The notes: generated from the sequence alone by a model not told the origin. Counted from the first letter of the stretch, positions 1 through 12,506 are shown. The stretch: 45,822 nucleotides of DNA from Octopus bimaculoides (GCF_001194135.2 NC_069000.1:10191310-10237131); one strand, 5' to 3'. A program made the numbers and translations.

Positions 1-254
1 ATACATACACGTATATCTCAATGAACCATGTGAACTTCCTATATATGTATATTATATTACAATGAACTATGAGAATGTAAAATTAACAAAAGCTCCACAG
101 CAATAACACAAATAATCCAATCTGAAATTAGATTTTATGTTTATACAATTTAACATAATAATAAAGTCACAAATTAAGTCTTTCACGTGGTTTGATAGTT
201 CTCTTTGATCGACAAAGTTTATCAATAGGAGCGATGATAATCTCACTATCGCTG

Positions 255-452
255 TTAATTAACAAGTCTCCTTCTTGAGAAACAGCACCATTGTGGAACA
301 AAGAACGAGAGTCGAGAGTGTTATTGAGATCTGAAATTGAGTCAGCAATTGGAAAAGTCTGATTCCATAAAACTTAACTAATTCACCCAGAGATGTCGGA
401 CATCTCACAAAGTGAGACAGTGTCAACAACAACAACAACAACAACAACAACA
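255..452 (+). mobile_element. Decayed LINE 3' end (CR1/L2-like) with (CAA)n tail
   Basis: Stop-interrupted frame ...SNWKSLIP*NLTNSPRDVGHL resembles the WNSLP..SP.V..F terminus of CR1/L2 ORF2. It is followed directly by (CAA)n at about 424-452. Confidence 0.4.
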
Positions 453-589
453 TACTTTTCCAGACATAGACAAACTTTTAATTACATTCTAGTAGTTTTA
501 ACTTCTACCAAGGGACTGTATTTTCATATGTGCATGTTTGCTTTTATGAAGAGGTGATTATGAAAGGAATAAAGAATTATAGTGCAACT

Positions 590-1035
590 GATGAGGAGAA
601 TTAGCTTTAGATGAGATACAGTTTAGAATATTGCCAGAATAGAGTACTGTGAGAGAATACAAGAAGAAATGTCCTTGGATAAGAGGAAGCCATTGTAACT
701 AGCATTTGATGTGGAGACCTTGTAAGAGCCATGCAAGTCTATTACAAATATGCTGTATATAAAGATGGCGTTAGCAAAGATTTCAGCGAAAAATTTAGCA
801 GGTATAAAAGGTGTATATCAGAATTTAGTTTTCAGCTGCTACTGTTTATTACATCTCCCCAGGCCACAACAGAGGAACTTTTAAAATCAGCTGTTAGTGG
901 TAACTCTTGTATGGTGAGGACTCAGTACTCATAAATGTATCTGCTGAATATTACGAAGTTTCCAACACAGAAGCAAAACAGGGAATTAAGCATCTGCCAC
1001 TGTAAACCTAGCAAAGACTTAAGTTTGAATGAGCA
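590..1035 (+). mobile_element. Degenerate RTE-clade LINE reverse transcriptase fragment
   Basis: RT motifs are readable in order across frameshifts: LDEIQF (607-624), LAFD, LVRAMQ, then LLYGEDSVLI (904-933, decayed YADD). It explains ORF 731..934. Confidence 0.75.
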
Positions 1036-1136
1036 GGAAACAAAACACAACTCTACTGACATATGGGAAGTTACCATGGCTAATATATGGAGAAGGGGTA
1101 GGTAGGAATTCTATATAGTCTATCAAAATCTGGAAT

Positions 1137-1345
1137 CATCATCATTTAATATCCATGCTCCATGTTGGCGTGGGTTGGATGGTTTGAAGGATAGACAGTT
1201 TCAAGGACTGCATTATGTTCCAGTGTTTATTTTGGCATGGTTTCTACAACCTGGTGCCTTTCCAGCCTTACATCATGCACTGAGTGCTTTTCTCATGCGC
1301 CAACACTAGAGGAGTCACCATGCAGCTTGCAAGACCATGAACCTC
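1137..1345 (-). mobile_element. RTE 3' UTR / RTE-tail fragment
   Basis: catcatcatttaatatccatgctccatgttggcgtgggttggatgg is the diverged reverse complement of the tail seen at 4080-4128. Confidence 0.7.
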
Positions 1346-2564
1346 AAGACAGCAGCTTAGAGATGAAGGGTAAAAGTATGAGAGATGAAATAGAGTAGAA
1401 CAGGTTTCTTGCTGTAGAAGAGCTACATCTTTACTCATATTTTAGAAGGGAGAGATATAAGGAAGCTGGAAAGCAATAAAAATAGCGGTGATGAAGCATT
1501 AAGTTGGATCTTCAAGGTACGAGGTGGATAAAAATGAATGAAGTATATTGGCAAAAAATGTTTTAAAATCCTCAGGTGTGAGTAACCAATGTTTGAATTC
1601 AGATACGGACACTGATTAAGAAGGAATTATTATGAAGTCAATCAGGTCATAGAAAGTTTGCTCACATTCGGTAAATAAGCTGTCATATGGAGTAAGAAAT
1701 AATACCAAACCCATTATTCATTGAATGATGTTACATGTGTCACAACTCAATATTCAGTTTCAGGAAGGCAGAGATCTCACCCATCGTATAACAACATTGT
1801 GTAACACAACACCGGGGTTTAAGTAAGGGAGAGAACTCACCTCCGATCAGATGCTTAATTATTAAAGGAAAGTAGAATCACAACACCTACAGACATTCAC
1901 AATACTAATGGACATGGTTTAGAGCAGCATCCAAATGTCTTAACACATACCTACAAACATACATACCCTAACCTTCAGTGTATGCATGCTTGTCTACATA
2001 CATACACACACATATATGCACATATGCATTGCACACACATGCAAAAACACAGATACATTTTATACACATCATACACAAACACACACATGGAATGAAAAAC
2101 ACGAGACTTAGTTTATTTGATTTATGCCTGCTTTTCCCATATTTTTAGTGTTTTCTGTTCCACAGTCTGGAATATCAATCATTTTAAGTTAATTGTGGCC
2201 TCAACAACGAGGCACAGTTGGCATATAATAACACCGAGTAACAATGCAACATTTGAAATTAATGGCAGAAGAAGAAGAAAAAGAAGGAGAAGAAGAAGCA
2301 GTAGCAGCAGCAGCAGAATGGTTCACTACATTATTTCTCTTTTATTGGATGGTTCCCTGATTTTAAATATCTGATTGTTAGTCTTGAATTTTAACTGAAC
2401 TTTTCTTAATGTCCACACTGTCTGTTATGTTTCGGCTTTTGCATCAAATTTACCAGAATATATTCCCGAGAATGACATTATGACATTAGCGTTTGTAGCA
2501 TATTCTACAGATGCTGCAGTGGATGTCGTCAAAGACTGGTTTTTCTCTTTTGCTTTTGTTTTGT

Positions 2565-2598
<34 letters not shown>

Positions 2599-2669
2599 CA
2601 GTAGTAAAAATGGTGGTAGTAGTAGTAATGGGTGGTGGTGGTGGTAGTAAGTAGTAGTAGTAGTGGTAA

Positions 2670-2701
<32 letters not shown>

Positions 2702-2935
2702 ATGGTGGTGGTAGAAGTAGTAATGGTGGTGGTGGTGGTGGTAGTAGTAAGTAGTAGTAGTGGTAATGGTGGTAGTAGTAGTAATAATGGTGGTGGTGGT
2801 GGTGATGGTAGTAGTAGTAGAGGTAGTAGTAAAAATGGTGGTAGTAGTAGTAGTTGTGGTGGTGGTAGCTGTAGTAGTAGCAGTAGTGGTGATGGTGGTG
2901 GTGGTGGTAGTAGTAGTAATGGTGGTGGTGGTGGA
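2565..2935. repeat. Compound (AGT)/(GGT)/(AAT) microsatellite
   Basis: Direct inspection. It generates the poly-P/T/H/Y/V/S/G ORFs at 2425-3012. Confidence 0.95.
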
Positions 2936-3805
2936 GTTCTATGTCTATGTTTAGCTGGCCTGCAGAACAATGTGTTGTAACTCGTATGTACAATGTAACA
3001 ATTAGAAATCATGAGGTTGATAACTTTAGAAAAATTCTATGTCCAACGTTGCTCATTGGAGCTTTGTTCCCAGGCTGACAAGTCAGTGATTTGTTATTAA
3101 TGAGAGAAGGGTTTTTAATATGCTTCGCTTTTTGTAATGTATATAACCAGCGTTATTTATACCTACGACTTAAAACACTTTTTATATTAAGTTCATTCAT
3201 TTTCTTCTGACATATTCCACCCAATGAAATAGTGAAATGAGACGCCCCCCCCCACTCTCTCTTTCTCTCTGCACAGACAAACACACGTGTATGTATGTAT
3301 GTGTGTGTGTGTATGTATTTATGCATGTGTAGATGGCCTTATATATTCTTGTGCACATCCATGTGTGTGTATGTACAACTTACAAGTCGCGGTACAACCA
3401 AGTAGAGAGTAATCAGTAAGTTGAGTAAAGTAAATATTTATTACAACCACTGTTGTTTAAGGTGGCTATTTTCCCATTACTTAGTTAATGGAAAAGTAGT
3501 CAACATTATCTAATAACAATAACAACAACAACAACAGCAACAACGGTAATAATATTATTAATAATATCCTGTACTATCCCATTACATAGTGCATTACTTT
3601 GGTAATGGAAAACTAGTGAATTTAAATACAGATATTACATAGCTGCATAGTTAAGCAGTTTACTTTGTAACCACATGGCAGCAATCCCACGATGCAGCAC
3701 TTTGAGTGAGCATCTTTTACAATAGCCAAAATGGTGACCAAGGTGAACGAAACATCAGAGATACTTTGCTTCCCACCTCCTCCTCTCATTTCAAACTAGA
3801 AGAGT

Positions 3806-3965
3806 TACTTAATTCGTTAGTATTTAAACCAGCCACATCCAGCTCAAAACATGCTACCTCTTCTATGTTCAAACCAGCAAGATCTGGCCTTTCACACCTA
3901 CCCTACAATGTCATTCTAAAACTAAACAACCGCATCATTCAAATCTCAAAGCTACGAGATAATGC
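3806..3965 (+). mobile_element. piggyBac-type MITE family 1, partial, cut by an RTE-tail insertion
   Basis: Matches 23066-23270 (atttaaacc..tatgttcaaac..tctggcctttcacacctaccctacaatgtcattctaaaa..). Confidence 0.75.
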
Positions 3966-4128
3966 ACCCGCTACACTCTCGGAGTGGTTGGCGTTAGGAA
4001 GGGCATCCAGCTGTAGAAACTCTGCCAGATCAGATTGGAGCCTGGTGCAGCCTTCTGGCTTGCCAGTCCTCAGTCAAATCGTCCAACCCATGCTAGCATG
4101 GAAAGCGGACGTTAAACGATGATGATGA
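3966..4128 (+). mobile_element. Young 5'-truncated RTE 3' end with (GAT)n tail
   Basis: By eye about 9 mismatches over about 150 bp against 25723-25875. It ends ...ggaaagcggacgttaaacgatgatgatga. Confidence 0.85.
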
Positions 4129-4651
4129 CATGCATATACAAACACACATACATACATATATGTACAAAGGACTAATTAATTTTCATTTTAAAGTAAATGT
4201 AATTCAAGGAAATGGAAACATTACAAAATAAATCCACAGTAACATTCCTTAATCTATAGCTTAACATTTTACAAGGCAGAAAGTGAAGTGGAAAAGAACA
4301 TAGGAAAAAACAAAAAAAAAAAAATAAATAAAACAACAACAAACAGATTATCTCTTTTCTGTTTTGTGTGTGTGAGTGAGCATGAGTGTATGTGTACATG
4401 TGTCAGGATATATGTAAGCTCGTTTAATTTAGAGAGAAACAACATTCATCATTTTCAAGTGAAAACAGTTGTTATATTTTACTTGTTTGTATATTATTGT
4501 TATCTATATTTTTACCTTTTAAGTAGTGCAGGACTTAAGGGAGTTCTATTGGAGATTTTAATTAGGCATTTTGCTTTGCTGCTATGAAATCAACTCAAGA
4601 GTCAAACACGAGAAACTAAGAAGAATTACTGCATATACATGTGTGTGTATA

Positions 4652-4705
4652 TACAGTAATCCCTCACTCCTCACCATATTGCGGTTCACCCATCATGGTA
4701 TATTA
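4652..4705 (+). mobile_element. pogo/Tigger-like terminal fragment
   Basis: ta|cagtaatccctc...catattgcggttcacc resembles the TA-flanked CAGTAATCCCTCG terminus of Tigger-like elements. No matching right end was seen. Confidence 0.4.
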
Positions 4706-5934
4706 TCTAAGCTTATGGCGATTCCTCCATGGTGTTGTGCTGCATTCATAATAGAATAAATATATGCAAATATATCTGCAGTACAGAGGGACTGAACCTG
4801 AAGCGACATGGTTGCAGATTGAGCTTTTAAACTGCACAGCAAGGTTTGCATCTATGAAGAGTAAAACTTAATTATTGTCAGCCCATGCCTGAAAACAACA
4901 GAAACAGCACCAATATAAAATGCCCTTTATATATACCGTACTAAAATAAACAGTAACAAATCATCTTGAATGAAAATCCAAACACAAACCCAACTTTTTG
5001 AAAGCAAAAGAATTTTTTTTTTATTCAGCGACTACATTAAAAACAAGTTCTAATCAACAGAAAAAACACCCTGAGCCATCTTTACAAATTGTGATGGAGG
5101 GCGGAGTTGGGTTGGTGGGGTTAAAAAAAAAAAACGATGGCTAAGTGAGGGAGAAAAAGGATTCTTGCTTTTTTTTTTTTTTTAACCTCTTTCTCCTTCT
5201 GTTTCTCCAATTTAGCCGAAAGTATTTTTTTTTTAATTATTTCCACCCCTTTTCTAATAGGAGGTTTGAAACTGATATCAATGAAGTATATAAAGTCGGG
5301 GGGGGGGGACGAGCTAGCAAGACTTATAATGAAAAGAAATCCATGCATTAACTAACTCTGGCATTAGGAATTATATGAAGGCAACACACAAAAAAAAAAA
5401 AACTTTTGTTGTCTTTCTATATAACAAACAGACTGCATTGCCTTTACAAGAGAGGAAATTAATTTTAATTAGAATATAAAATATTTCAGTAGCAACTGGG
5501 GGAGAGAGAACTCATTGTATAACACAAAATATTAGGCTTTTAATGAACAACTTAAAAATGTCAAAGGTCAGGATGTCAGGGGTTAAAAAGACAAAACAAA
5601 AGAGAAAGGTCTAAACTGAGGGCTATTAATACTAAATATACGCTTAGAAACACGAAGCCAAGAATTTCATTAAACTTCTTTTCTCTTTTTTTAAAAAAAT
5701 AAATACTAATACTAGATGCATTCAGAGAGGGTGGGGCATGGATATTCTTGCAGTTCATTACAAGTAAAATTGTTAGATGAAATGAAATCTATAAATTGTA
5801 AGCGGAATAATTTTTTTTTTTTTTAAATCAGAACTTTTAGTAAAAATGCTCTAAGGGAGTTTGAACGAATTCTTTTCACAAAATTATTGCAAATCACTAA
5901 TGAGCATTTTCTGTATTAAAATGTATTAGACAAT

Positions 5935-6357
5935 AAATGGTTTCAAATTTTAGCACAAGGCCTGCAATTTCAAGTGAGGGTGTAAATTGATTGCATCTAC
6001 TAAGTCAGTAATCAACTGGTATTAATTTCATAGACACCAGAAGGGTGAAAGACAAAGTTGACCTCGACAGAATTTGACCCCAAAACATAAAAATGGTTGA
6101 AACGCTGCTAAGATTTTGCCCAACGTGGCAACAATTCTAACAGCTCACCACTTTAATGCATTAAATAATAGTATTTCAAATTTTAGTACGAAACCACAAT
6201 TTCAGGGCAGGGATAAGTTGAAGACATCAATCCCAGTGCTCAACTGGTACTTATTTTATCAACATCAAAAGGATGAAAGGCAATGCAAGAATGGACAAAC
6301 TGCCGCTAAGCATTTTGCCTGGGGGGGGGGTAACAATCCTGCCAGTTTACTGCCTTA
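5935..6357 (-). mobile_element. Two tandem SINE family B copies (5935-6150, 6170-6357)
   Basis: Both carry the reverse complement of the core ctttgcctttcatcctttcggggt..gtaccagtt and the tail ggccttgtgcc seen forward at 25878-26085. Confidence 0.85.
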
Positions 6358-7184
6358 ATGCAGTAAAGTTCAAGGGACATTTACTTTAAATTTGCTGGGT
6401 TCTTTGGAGGTTAAGAGTTCTTTTCTGTAAATAAAGGCCAATAGCACACCAAACAAGTACCATCATTTTACTTCATCTCTGATGTATAGGTAGGCCAGTT
6501 CATTACTATGAATTCCATTGCTAATTTCCTGATGACTCAAGTAATTGTCTTGAGACACAATCCATGGAATTTATTATTTACGGTTTACTTCTACTTCAGA
6601 GGAGCCATTGCCATCAAAATCCTTTTTAATGTTCATTTTATTCATCCTGCATAGGTAAGTTCAGGCCTGGCACATAGCATATCAGCCCTCACATAACCCA
6701 CTGTATCCACACTGAAGAGGGCCAGCATCTGAGAGCTGAGTGAGATCACCACCCATTTCGAAGCCCTTAACAGTCTTTGTCTCAGAAGACCGAAAATAGG
6801 GGGGGGGGAGAAGACAAGAAATCTTGACACAATGAAGTGATCAAAAATTTATTAACAACTTTGTGCAAAGTTTAGGCTTTTGCTAGAATATTCCATCAAA
6901 TACATAAGAGTTGTTAATAATATTCCAAGCTAGAATAATTAAATAAATGCTAATTAATTCTCAAGAATAAATTGCGACTTCAACTGCAGTGTATTTCAGA
7001 ATCATGATTGAAAAATAACACACAACAAACTGTTTATTATTTACTTATGACTTTCACACTTACCGTTCTCTATCTATCACCTCAGTCATACAGACTGGCA
7101 TTACAGTAATCAATTGATTTTATATTTTCTATAACATTCATTCTCTTACTACATTCGCCATTTCAATAAAGATGAGAGCTCCTC

Positions 7185-7312
7185 TACATGGTCTCACTAC
7201 CAGCTAGAAACATCAGCCCTGTATTACACTCAACCAACTTAATAATAGGGGAAAAAAAAAAAAAAGCAAGGGGGATACATTAGACAGTGTAGTTCCAGAT
7301 AAAATATGCCGA
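7185..7312 (+). repeat. Single copy of the ~130-bp LINE-tail unit
   Basis: ggatacattagacagtgtagttccagataaa matches ggatacattggatagtgtagtccgagataaa at about 31898. Confidence 0.6.
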
Positions 7313-8049
7313 AAAAAAAGAGAGTATGGTCATACCTTTGATGCCTCTGGTAAGGTAGATAAGACTGATTTGAGGATAATCTTAAATAGCCCATATTTAT
7401 AATTATATTTATATACCTCTCACATACCTCTCACACAGCAGAACATTACACATACATACACAAACACATCATTAGACTGTACTGCAAAAGGTTAAATACT
7501 TACAAACATAGCTTCCATGTAACTTGACAGTCAATAAGGAACCAGGAAGAAGATTTAAATTAGCATTTTCCTATCAAATTCTGTAATTAAGACACTGTGG
7601 CCCGTGAGCTTGTATTACAGATGATAAAGAACTAACAATTTAAATAAACTGCTACGCCGGACAGAACAGGATACAAACGACTCTCAAAGTTTGTCTCAAA
7701 ATCGTAAAGTGCTTTGCTGGGGAAAACTATCAAGTGACTTATTTGAGGAGTGGGGACACATGTTCAGAAAATGTAAGTAAAAAAATCAACAAAACTAGAT
7801 AAGTATGAAAATGGTTTTTAAATAACTGCATCTGAAGGAACAAGAAATGTGCATATATGTACATGATTAATTACGTATGTATGTGTGCGTGTACATACAT
7901 ATGGAAAGAAAGAACGGAATAGGGATAGGAAAATATTCTTATATTGCAAAGTAATTAGATACGTATCATATATCAGAATATTAACTGGTAGGAGTAGTAC
8001 AAACAGAAAATTATTGATTAATTAACTCAAATTTGAAATGGTGTATCGA

Positions 8050-8490
8050 GGAAAAAATAGGTCAGGTGACACGGGCCCATTAACAAGATTAATGCCCCCT
8101 GGAGGTGAACAAAATGAGTGTAAACTAAATTACAACTGTTCAGATAAATATAATAGATAAAACACTCGAATCACATGATGGAAAGAAAAATAAGAAGTAT
8201 ACGTATAAGGAGAGACTTGGTCGAATATAATTAAAATAAGGGCTACAACTATATTTGATGGTTGGGAATGGAATGCAGGACATTTCATTGGTTCCAATTA
8301 CTGATAGCACGTTTGAGCTAGAAACAAGGAACTTAGCAGAAATTTGGTAATATAACTATTTCAGAAATGAACTTCAAGAAATACTGACAAGACATAATGT
8401 GTCCTCTCTGTATTGATACATGTAATGCGCGCGAATAGAGATGGACAATGCTCGATGGTGGACAAGGTGGTCAGTTGGCATAAGGCAGTC
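8050..8490 (+). mobile_element. Highly decayed RTE ORF2 C-terminal fragment
   Basis: MERKIRSIRIRRD and HVMRANRDGQ resemble RTE MERKMLG..RD and GHVMR..D.RW motifs. There are many stops. Confidence 0.3.
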
Positions 8491-8529
8491 TCCAGTAAAA
8501 GCAGCAGAAGCGCCGCCACTGCCGCCACC

Positions 8530-8860
8530 ATCATGTTAATGTCTACATTTTCCAATGCTTCCATGTGTCGAATGGAGTTTATTCAGGCAAGCTTTTCTAT
8601 GGGTGGATGCCCTTTCTGTCACCAACCTTACCTATTCCCAAGGAAGCTAACTCCCCCCTCCATCGCCAGACATCAGACATGGTTGCGTAGAATATTAGAA
8701 ATGAATGACATTCATTTACAACAATCATGCAAGTCAATGTAAGGATGGGTCACACACACACACACACACACATACAACGATGGGCTTTTCTCAGTTTCCA
8801 TCTACCAAATCCATTTGCAAGGCTTTTGTCGGCCTAGATGTCTACAGGAGAAGACAAATG
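8530..8860 (-). mobile_element. SINE family A head joined to an RTE-type tail
   Basis: The family A core (cagtttccatctaccaaatcc..aaggcttt) is at 8792-8835. RTE-tail motifs ggatgccct and ..ttaatgtc..ttttcca are at 8535-8615. Confidence 0.7.
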
Positions 8861-9139
8861 TTCTTCACATCAGAAAGAGGGAGTCATGGAATGAGAAGAG
8901 GAGTTGATGAGGGGGGGGGGAGTAGAGAATGAGGGACAGACAAGAGGGAAGGAAGAGCAGAGAGTAATTATTTTACAACAATATGCTTCTAAAAGACATC
9001 CATCTACTTTTAAAACCTTAAGAGACATCCTGATGTTTCATGTGGTTTTTTTTAAAATTTTCTTTTAAATTCTGTTTGGGTTTTCTATAAAAAAATTACT
9101 TACATATCAGCAAAACGTGGGGTTTCTCTTTTTTTTCAG

Positions 9140-9190
9140 AAAGTGAAATAAGAAGTTGTGAGAGCCGCCATGTGTTTTTCAAGAGCATGG
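9140..9190 (+). CDS. Candidate 51-nt internal exon (unverified): (E)SEIRSCESRHVFFKSM(G)
   Basis: Acceptor tttctcttttttttcag, donor TGG|gtaata, open in phase 1-1. No homology recognised. Confidence 0.2.
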
Positions 9191-9599
9191 GTAATAATAA
9201 AAGTGAAGTGGTGGAGAAGAGATGAAACTGTTTGGTTTCTTTTGTACTCTTTCCTCACCACCCACACCAACACAGATATTATGATACTAACCGCGCTCGC
9301 TCACGGATATAGTAACATAACTGCAGGAGTACCAGGATCTAGAGTGAATGAAAGTTCTTTTTCACACATTCTTATTTACACAAAAATGTCCAATAAAACA
9401 TCACCAAACGCTTATGACACTTTATATCGCCAAATTCAAAATCCTATTGAGGTTAACTTCTGTCGTTTTTTTACTTCTCTTTTTTGAGCTGGTGGGAGTG
9501 GGTGTCATTGTGATAAAGCAACAATCAAGTAGAGGTTGATCTCATTGGCCTAACCTCTACCCTAATTTCCTTAAATTTCTGGCCTTGTGCCACTGTTCT

Positions 9600-9858
9600 T
9601 TTATTTATTACATGTTTTAGTCATTAGACTGTGGCCATGCTGGGACACCACATTGAAGACTTTTAGTTGAACAAATTGAACCCTGTATTTTTTCTGTGTT
9701 TGTTTCTGTTTTTTAAAGCCTGGTACTTATTTTGTCAGTCTCTTTTGCCAAAGTGCTAAGTGACAGAGACATTAAGACACCAACACTGGTTTTCAAGCAG
9801 TGGTGGAGGACCAAGATAGACACAAGGACGGACAGACACACACACACACACACACACG
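9600..9858 (-). mobile_element. SINE family A, 3' half
   Basis: agtcattagactgtggccatgctgg...gtacttatt..tctcttttgcc matches 43420-43600. Confidence 0.8.
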
Positions 9859-10074
9859 GTTCAAATTTACAGAAACAAAAGATGAAGACAGGTGAAAGAA
9901 TGATAAGCAAGGGTATTAGTTTAACAGTCAGGAAGAACGTAGCCTCTACTTCAACCATCCTCCATTCTGGGACTGGTAGTGATATTGTGGCCAACCCACG
10001 CCATAACCCTAACCCTCTCACAGTGTTGCTGTAGTGAAAGAATCAAGTGAAAGAGAACGAGACAAAAGGGGAGA

Positions 10075-10430
10075 GGGAGCAATGGACCCCAGTACTTGAC
10101 TGGTACTTTACCAACATCTTGGAGGATGAAAGGCTAAGGTGACTTCTGCAGGAATTGAACGTAGAATGCTAAATCCCAGAATGAAATACCAGAAAGCATC
10201 CTGTCTGATACTCTAACAATTTTGCCGGTCCATCAGTTAAGACTGGCATGTTATATTATTAACCCTAAAAGAATATAAAGGCCAAGTTGACTTCAGCAGG
10301 ATTTGAAATAAGAATGAGAAAAACAAAAACAAAAATGTGAAAAAAAAAGAAGAAAAATCAAAAGCCTGAACAATTGCCATAAGGCATCCTGTCCAACGCT
10401 CAAATAATTCTGCTAATCGGCTTCTGCCTC
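10075..10430 (-). mobile_element. Two diverged SINE family B copies
   Basis: The ctggtactt..ggatgaaagg..aagttgac..ttgaa motif order appears twice. Confidence 0.7.
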
Positions 10431-12170
10431 ATATATATGGTGTAGACAACACAAATTAGCTGTAATTCAAAGCTAGTGAAATATAAAAATATAAACACAC
10501 AGTGAATGAACATTGTAAATTGCAGAACCAAATCGTAGAAATACTTGTTTTCAAAGGGAAACAAAAACAAACCAACACCCCACCACCACTCGCTACACGC
10601 TCATACCAACCCTAGAATTTCCAGAAGTTTTTCTTATAAGTCAGTTTGCATGATTCTGCTGGATTCCTTACACACTTAGGAATAAATTCTAAAGAGATTT
10701 AAGATAACCCAAACCGATTATTTTATACAATACAAACCACTGCATTGTTTGTTAGGCTTTAAATAACAAAAAAAAAAAAAAAAATTAAAAAAGCAGAGAA
10801 ACGGAAGTAACATTGGTATCATATAATCAAAGAAATTGCTGAAGCATATATATACATACACACACAGACACACATACGCACTCACAGAACCAACATTTGT
10901 ACTATAGCAATGTTAAGAACCAAATTAGGAAGGAGGAAAACACACACACATACATGCATACATACACACACACCAATATATATATACAACACATATGTGC
11001 ATCAACACATCCATGTACACACGGAAATATAACAAGCAAAAATATTCAGAATAGCACGTTATTTACTACAGCAACGGAATTAATGGATATATAATTATTA
11101 TATATGAATGACTGGGGGAATGAATCCAGTGGTTCACCCATGCAAGCAGAAGCAGAAATAATTACAACAACAACAACAGCATCAATAACCACAGCAGCAG
11201 CAGCAGCAACAATAACAACAACAAAACTAATGACAATAACAACAACACCAATGATGTTGTGGCCTCAATTTGAGACATGAAACAGGTTAATTGGTTCTTT
11301 TAAATAAGAAGCGCTTCTGACCTTGCAATATACAATAGAACCGACAACAAGAACGCTAGAAAGCACAATTTGGATAAAGCAAATCTTAATTTGAATTAGT
11401 CGTGGTGGTGGTGGTGGTGGAAATGATGGGAAGGATGAAGATTACATTGCAAAAAGAAAGAAAAAAAAGACAAACGTGAAGGGGGGAAAAAAATCGTTTC
11501 ATAAATATGCAAATGACAGAAATGGTGGAAACAGCATCCCCTGCCCTGGCTCCTCCACCCCCATCCTCATCCCAGCCAATATAAACTGTCCAGCAAAGAA
11601 GAAGCACAAAACAGATATTGTTGTTGTTGTAGTTGGTGTTACTGTTGATGCCACTGCTACCACTCATGCTTCTCGGAGCTGTGAGATAGGGTTTGGTATG
11701 GCGCTGGTAGATATGTGATGATTGGCAACTAAAGAAGTAATCGATGTTTTGCTTTATCTAAATGAAAAGAAAACAAAAAAAAAAAAATTTTTTTTTTTCC
11801 TATCACTGATTACTGATCAATGATGTTATCAATCATTTCATTATCTGATCAAAATTGGTATTGTCTCATCCAAGAATGGAACATCTGCCAGGAGAGTTAT
11901 TCTATAGAGTTCTTTTATTTATTTATTTTTCCAGTTAATTCCTATGCTATATATTTTACTATTTTAATATATGATGCAGTCAGAAGAGAACAAGTAGAAA
12001 ATCATGGCCTTTCAGGTTTATACAGGAAAGGAGGAAGTTATGCACAGACCTGTCCCTAATGCCAGCAGAAGAATGGAATTTGCTAAAGGCCCTTAAAAGC
12101 CAGGTGGTAAAGTTGAAGCAGGCAAAAGATTAAGTTTAAGAAAAAAAAAAAAAAAAAAAGGTCTCTCCTA

Positions 12171-12292
12171 TATGATGGGCTTCTTTCAGTTTTCGTCTAC
12201 CAAATCCACTCACAAGGCTTTGGTCGGCCTGAAGACACTTGCCCAAGGTGACCCACAGTGGGAACCTGGAACTATGTGGTTGGTAAACAAGC
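12171..12292 (-). mobile_element. SINE family A head/core fragment
   Basis: gggcttctttcagttttcgtctaccaaatccactcacaaggctttggtcggcc..gacacttgcccaaggtg. Confidence 0.9.
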
Positions 12293-12342
12293 AGAAAGCA
12301 AGGACTACTTTTCTAAATTATTTTCTAGATTTCTAACTTTAA

Positions 12343-12506
12343 CCCTTTCAATACCAACCTGCCTGAGACCACCCACAGTTCTGTGACACAAACTTCCTGT
12401 TCTTGTTAATTTATGTCTCAAGCACTATGACAAGATTATTTACTAAATTCTTCATTATTTTTAATGAAAGCAGTGCCTTTCAACAAAAATACAGTTTAAA
12501 AAATTG
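12343..12506 (+). mobile_element. piggyBac-type MITE family 2, internally deleted
   Basis: Starts TTAA|ccctttcaatacc (TTAA at 12339-12342). A degenerate right end precedes TTAA at 12507-12510. The interior is unrelated to family 1. Confidence 0.5.

Noticed and set aside
1841-1853. Possible 13-nt minus-strand microexon with donor GAG|gtgagt
   Set aside because: The acceptor is weak, and it is too short to distinguish from chance.
2399-2560. Open frame ..LPEYIPENDIMTLAFVAYSTDAAVDVVKDWFF
   Set aside because: It looks protein-like but has no start and no credible donor, and it runs into a microsatellite.
2425-3012. Long low-complexity ORFs of 105-195 aa (also 26753-27400 and 45210-45761)
   Set aside because: They are translations of triplet or purine microsatellites in several frames and on both strands, with no splice or domain support.
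7628-7780. Open frame ..SQNRKVLCWGKLSSDLFEEWGHMFRK before gtaagt
   Set aside because: The nearest good acceptor (7620) leads to stops in all three frames.
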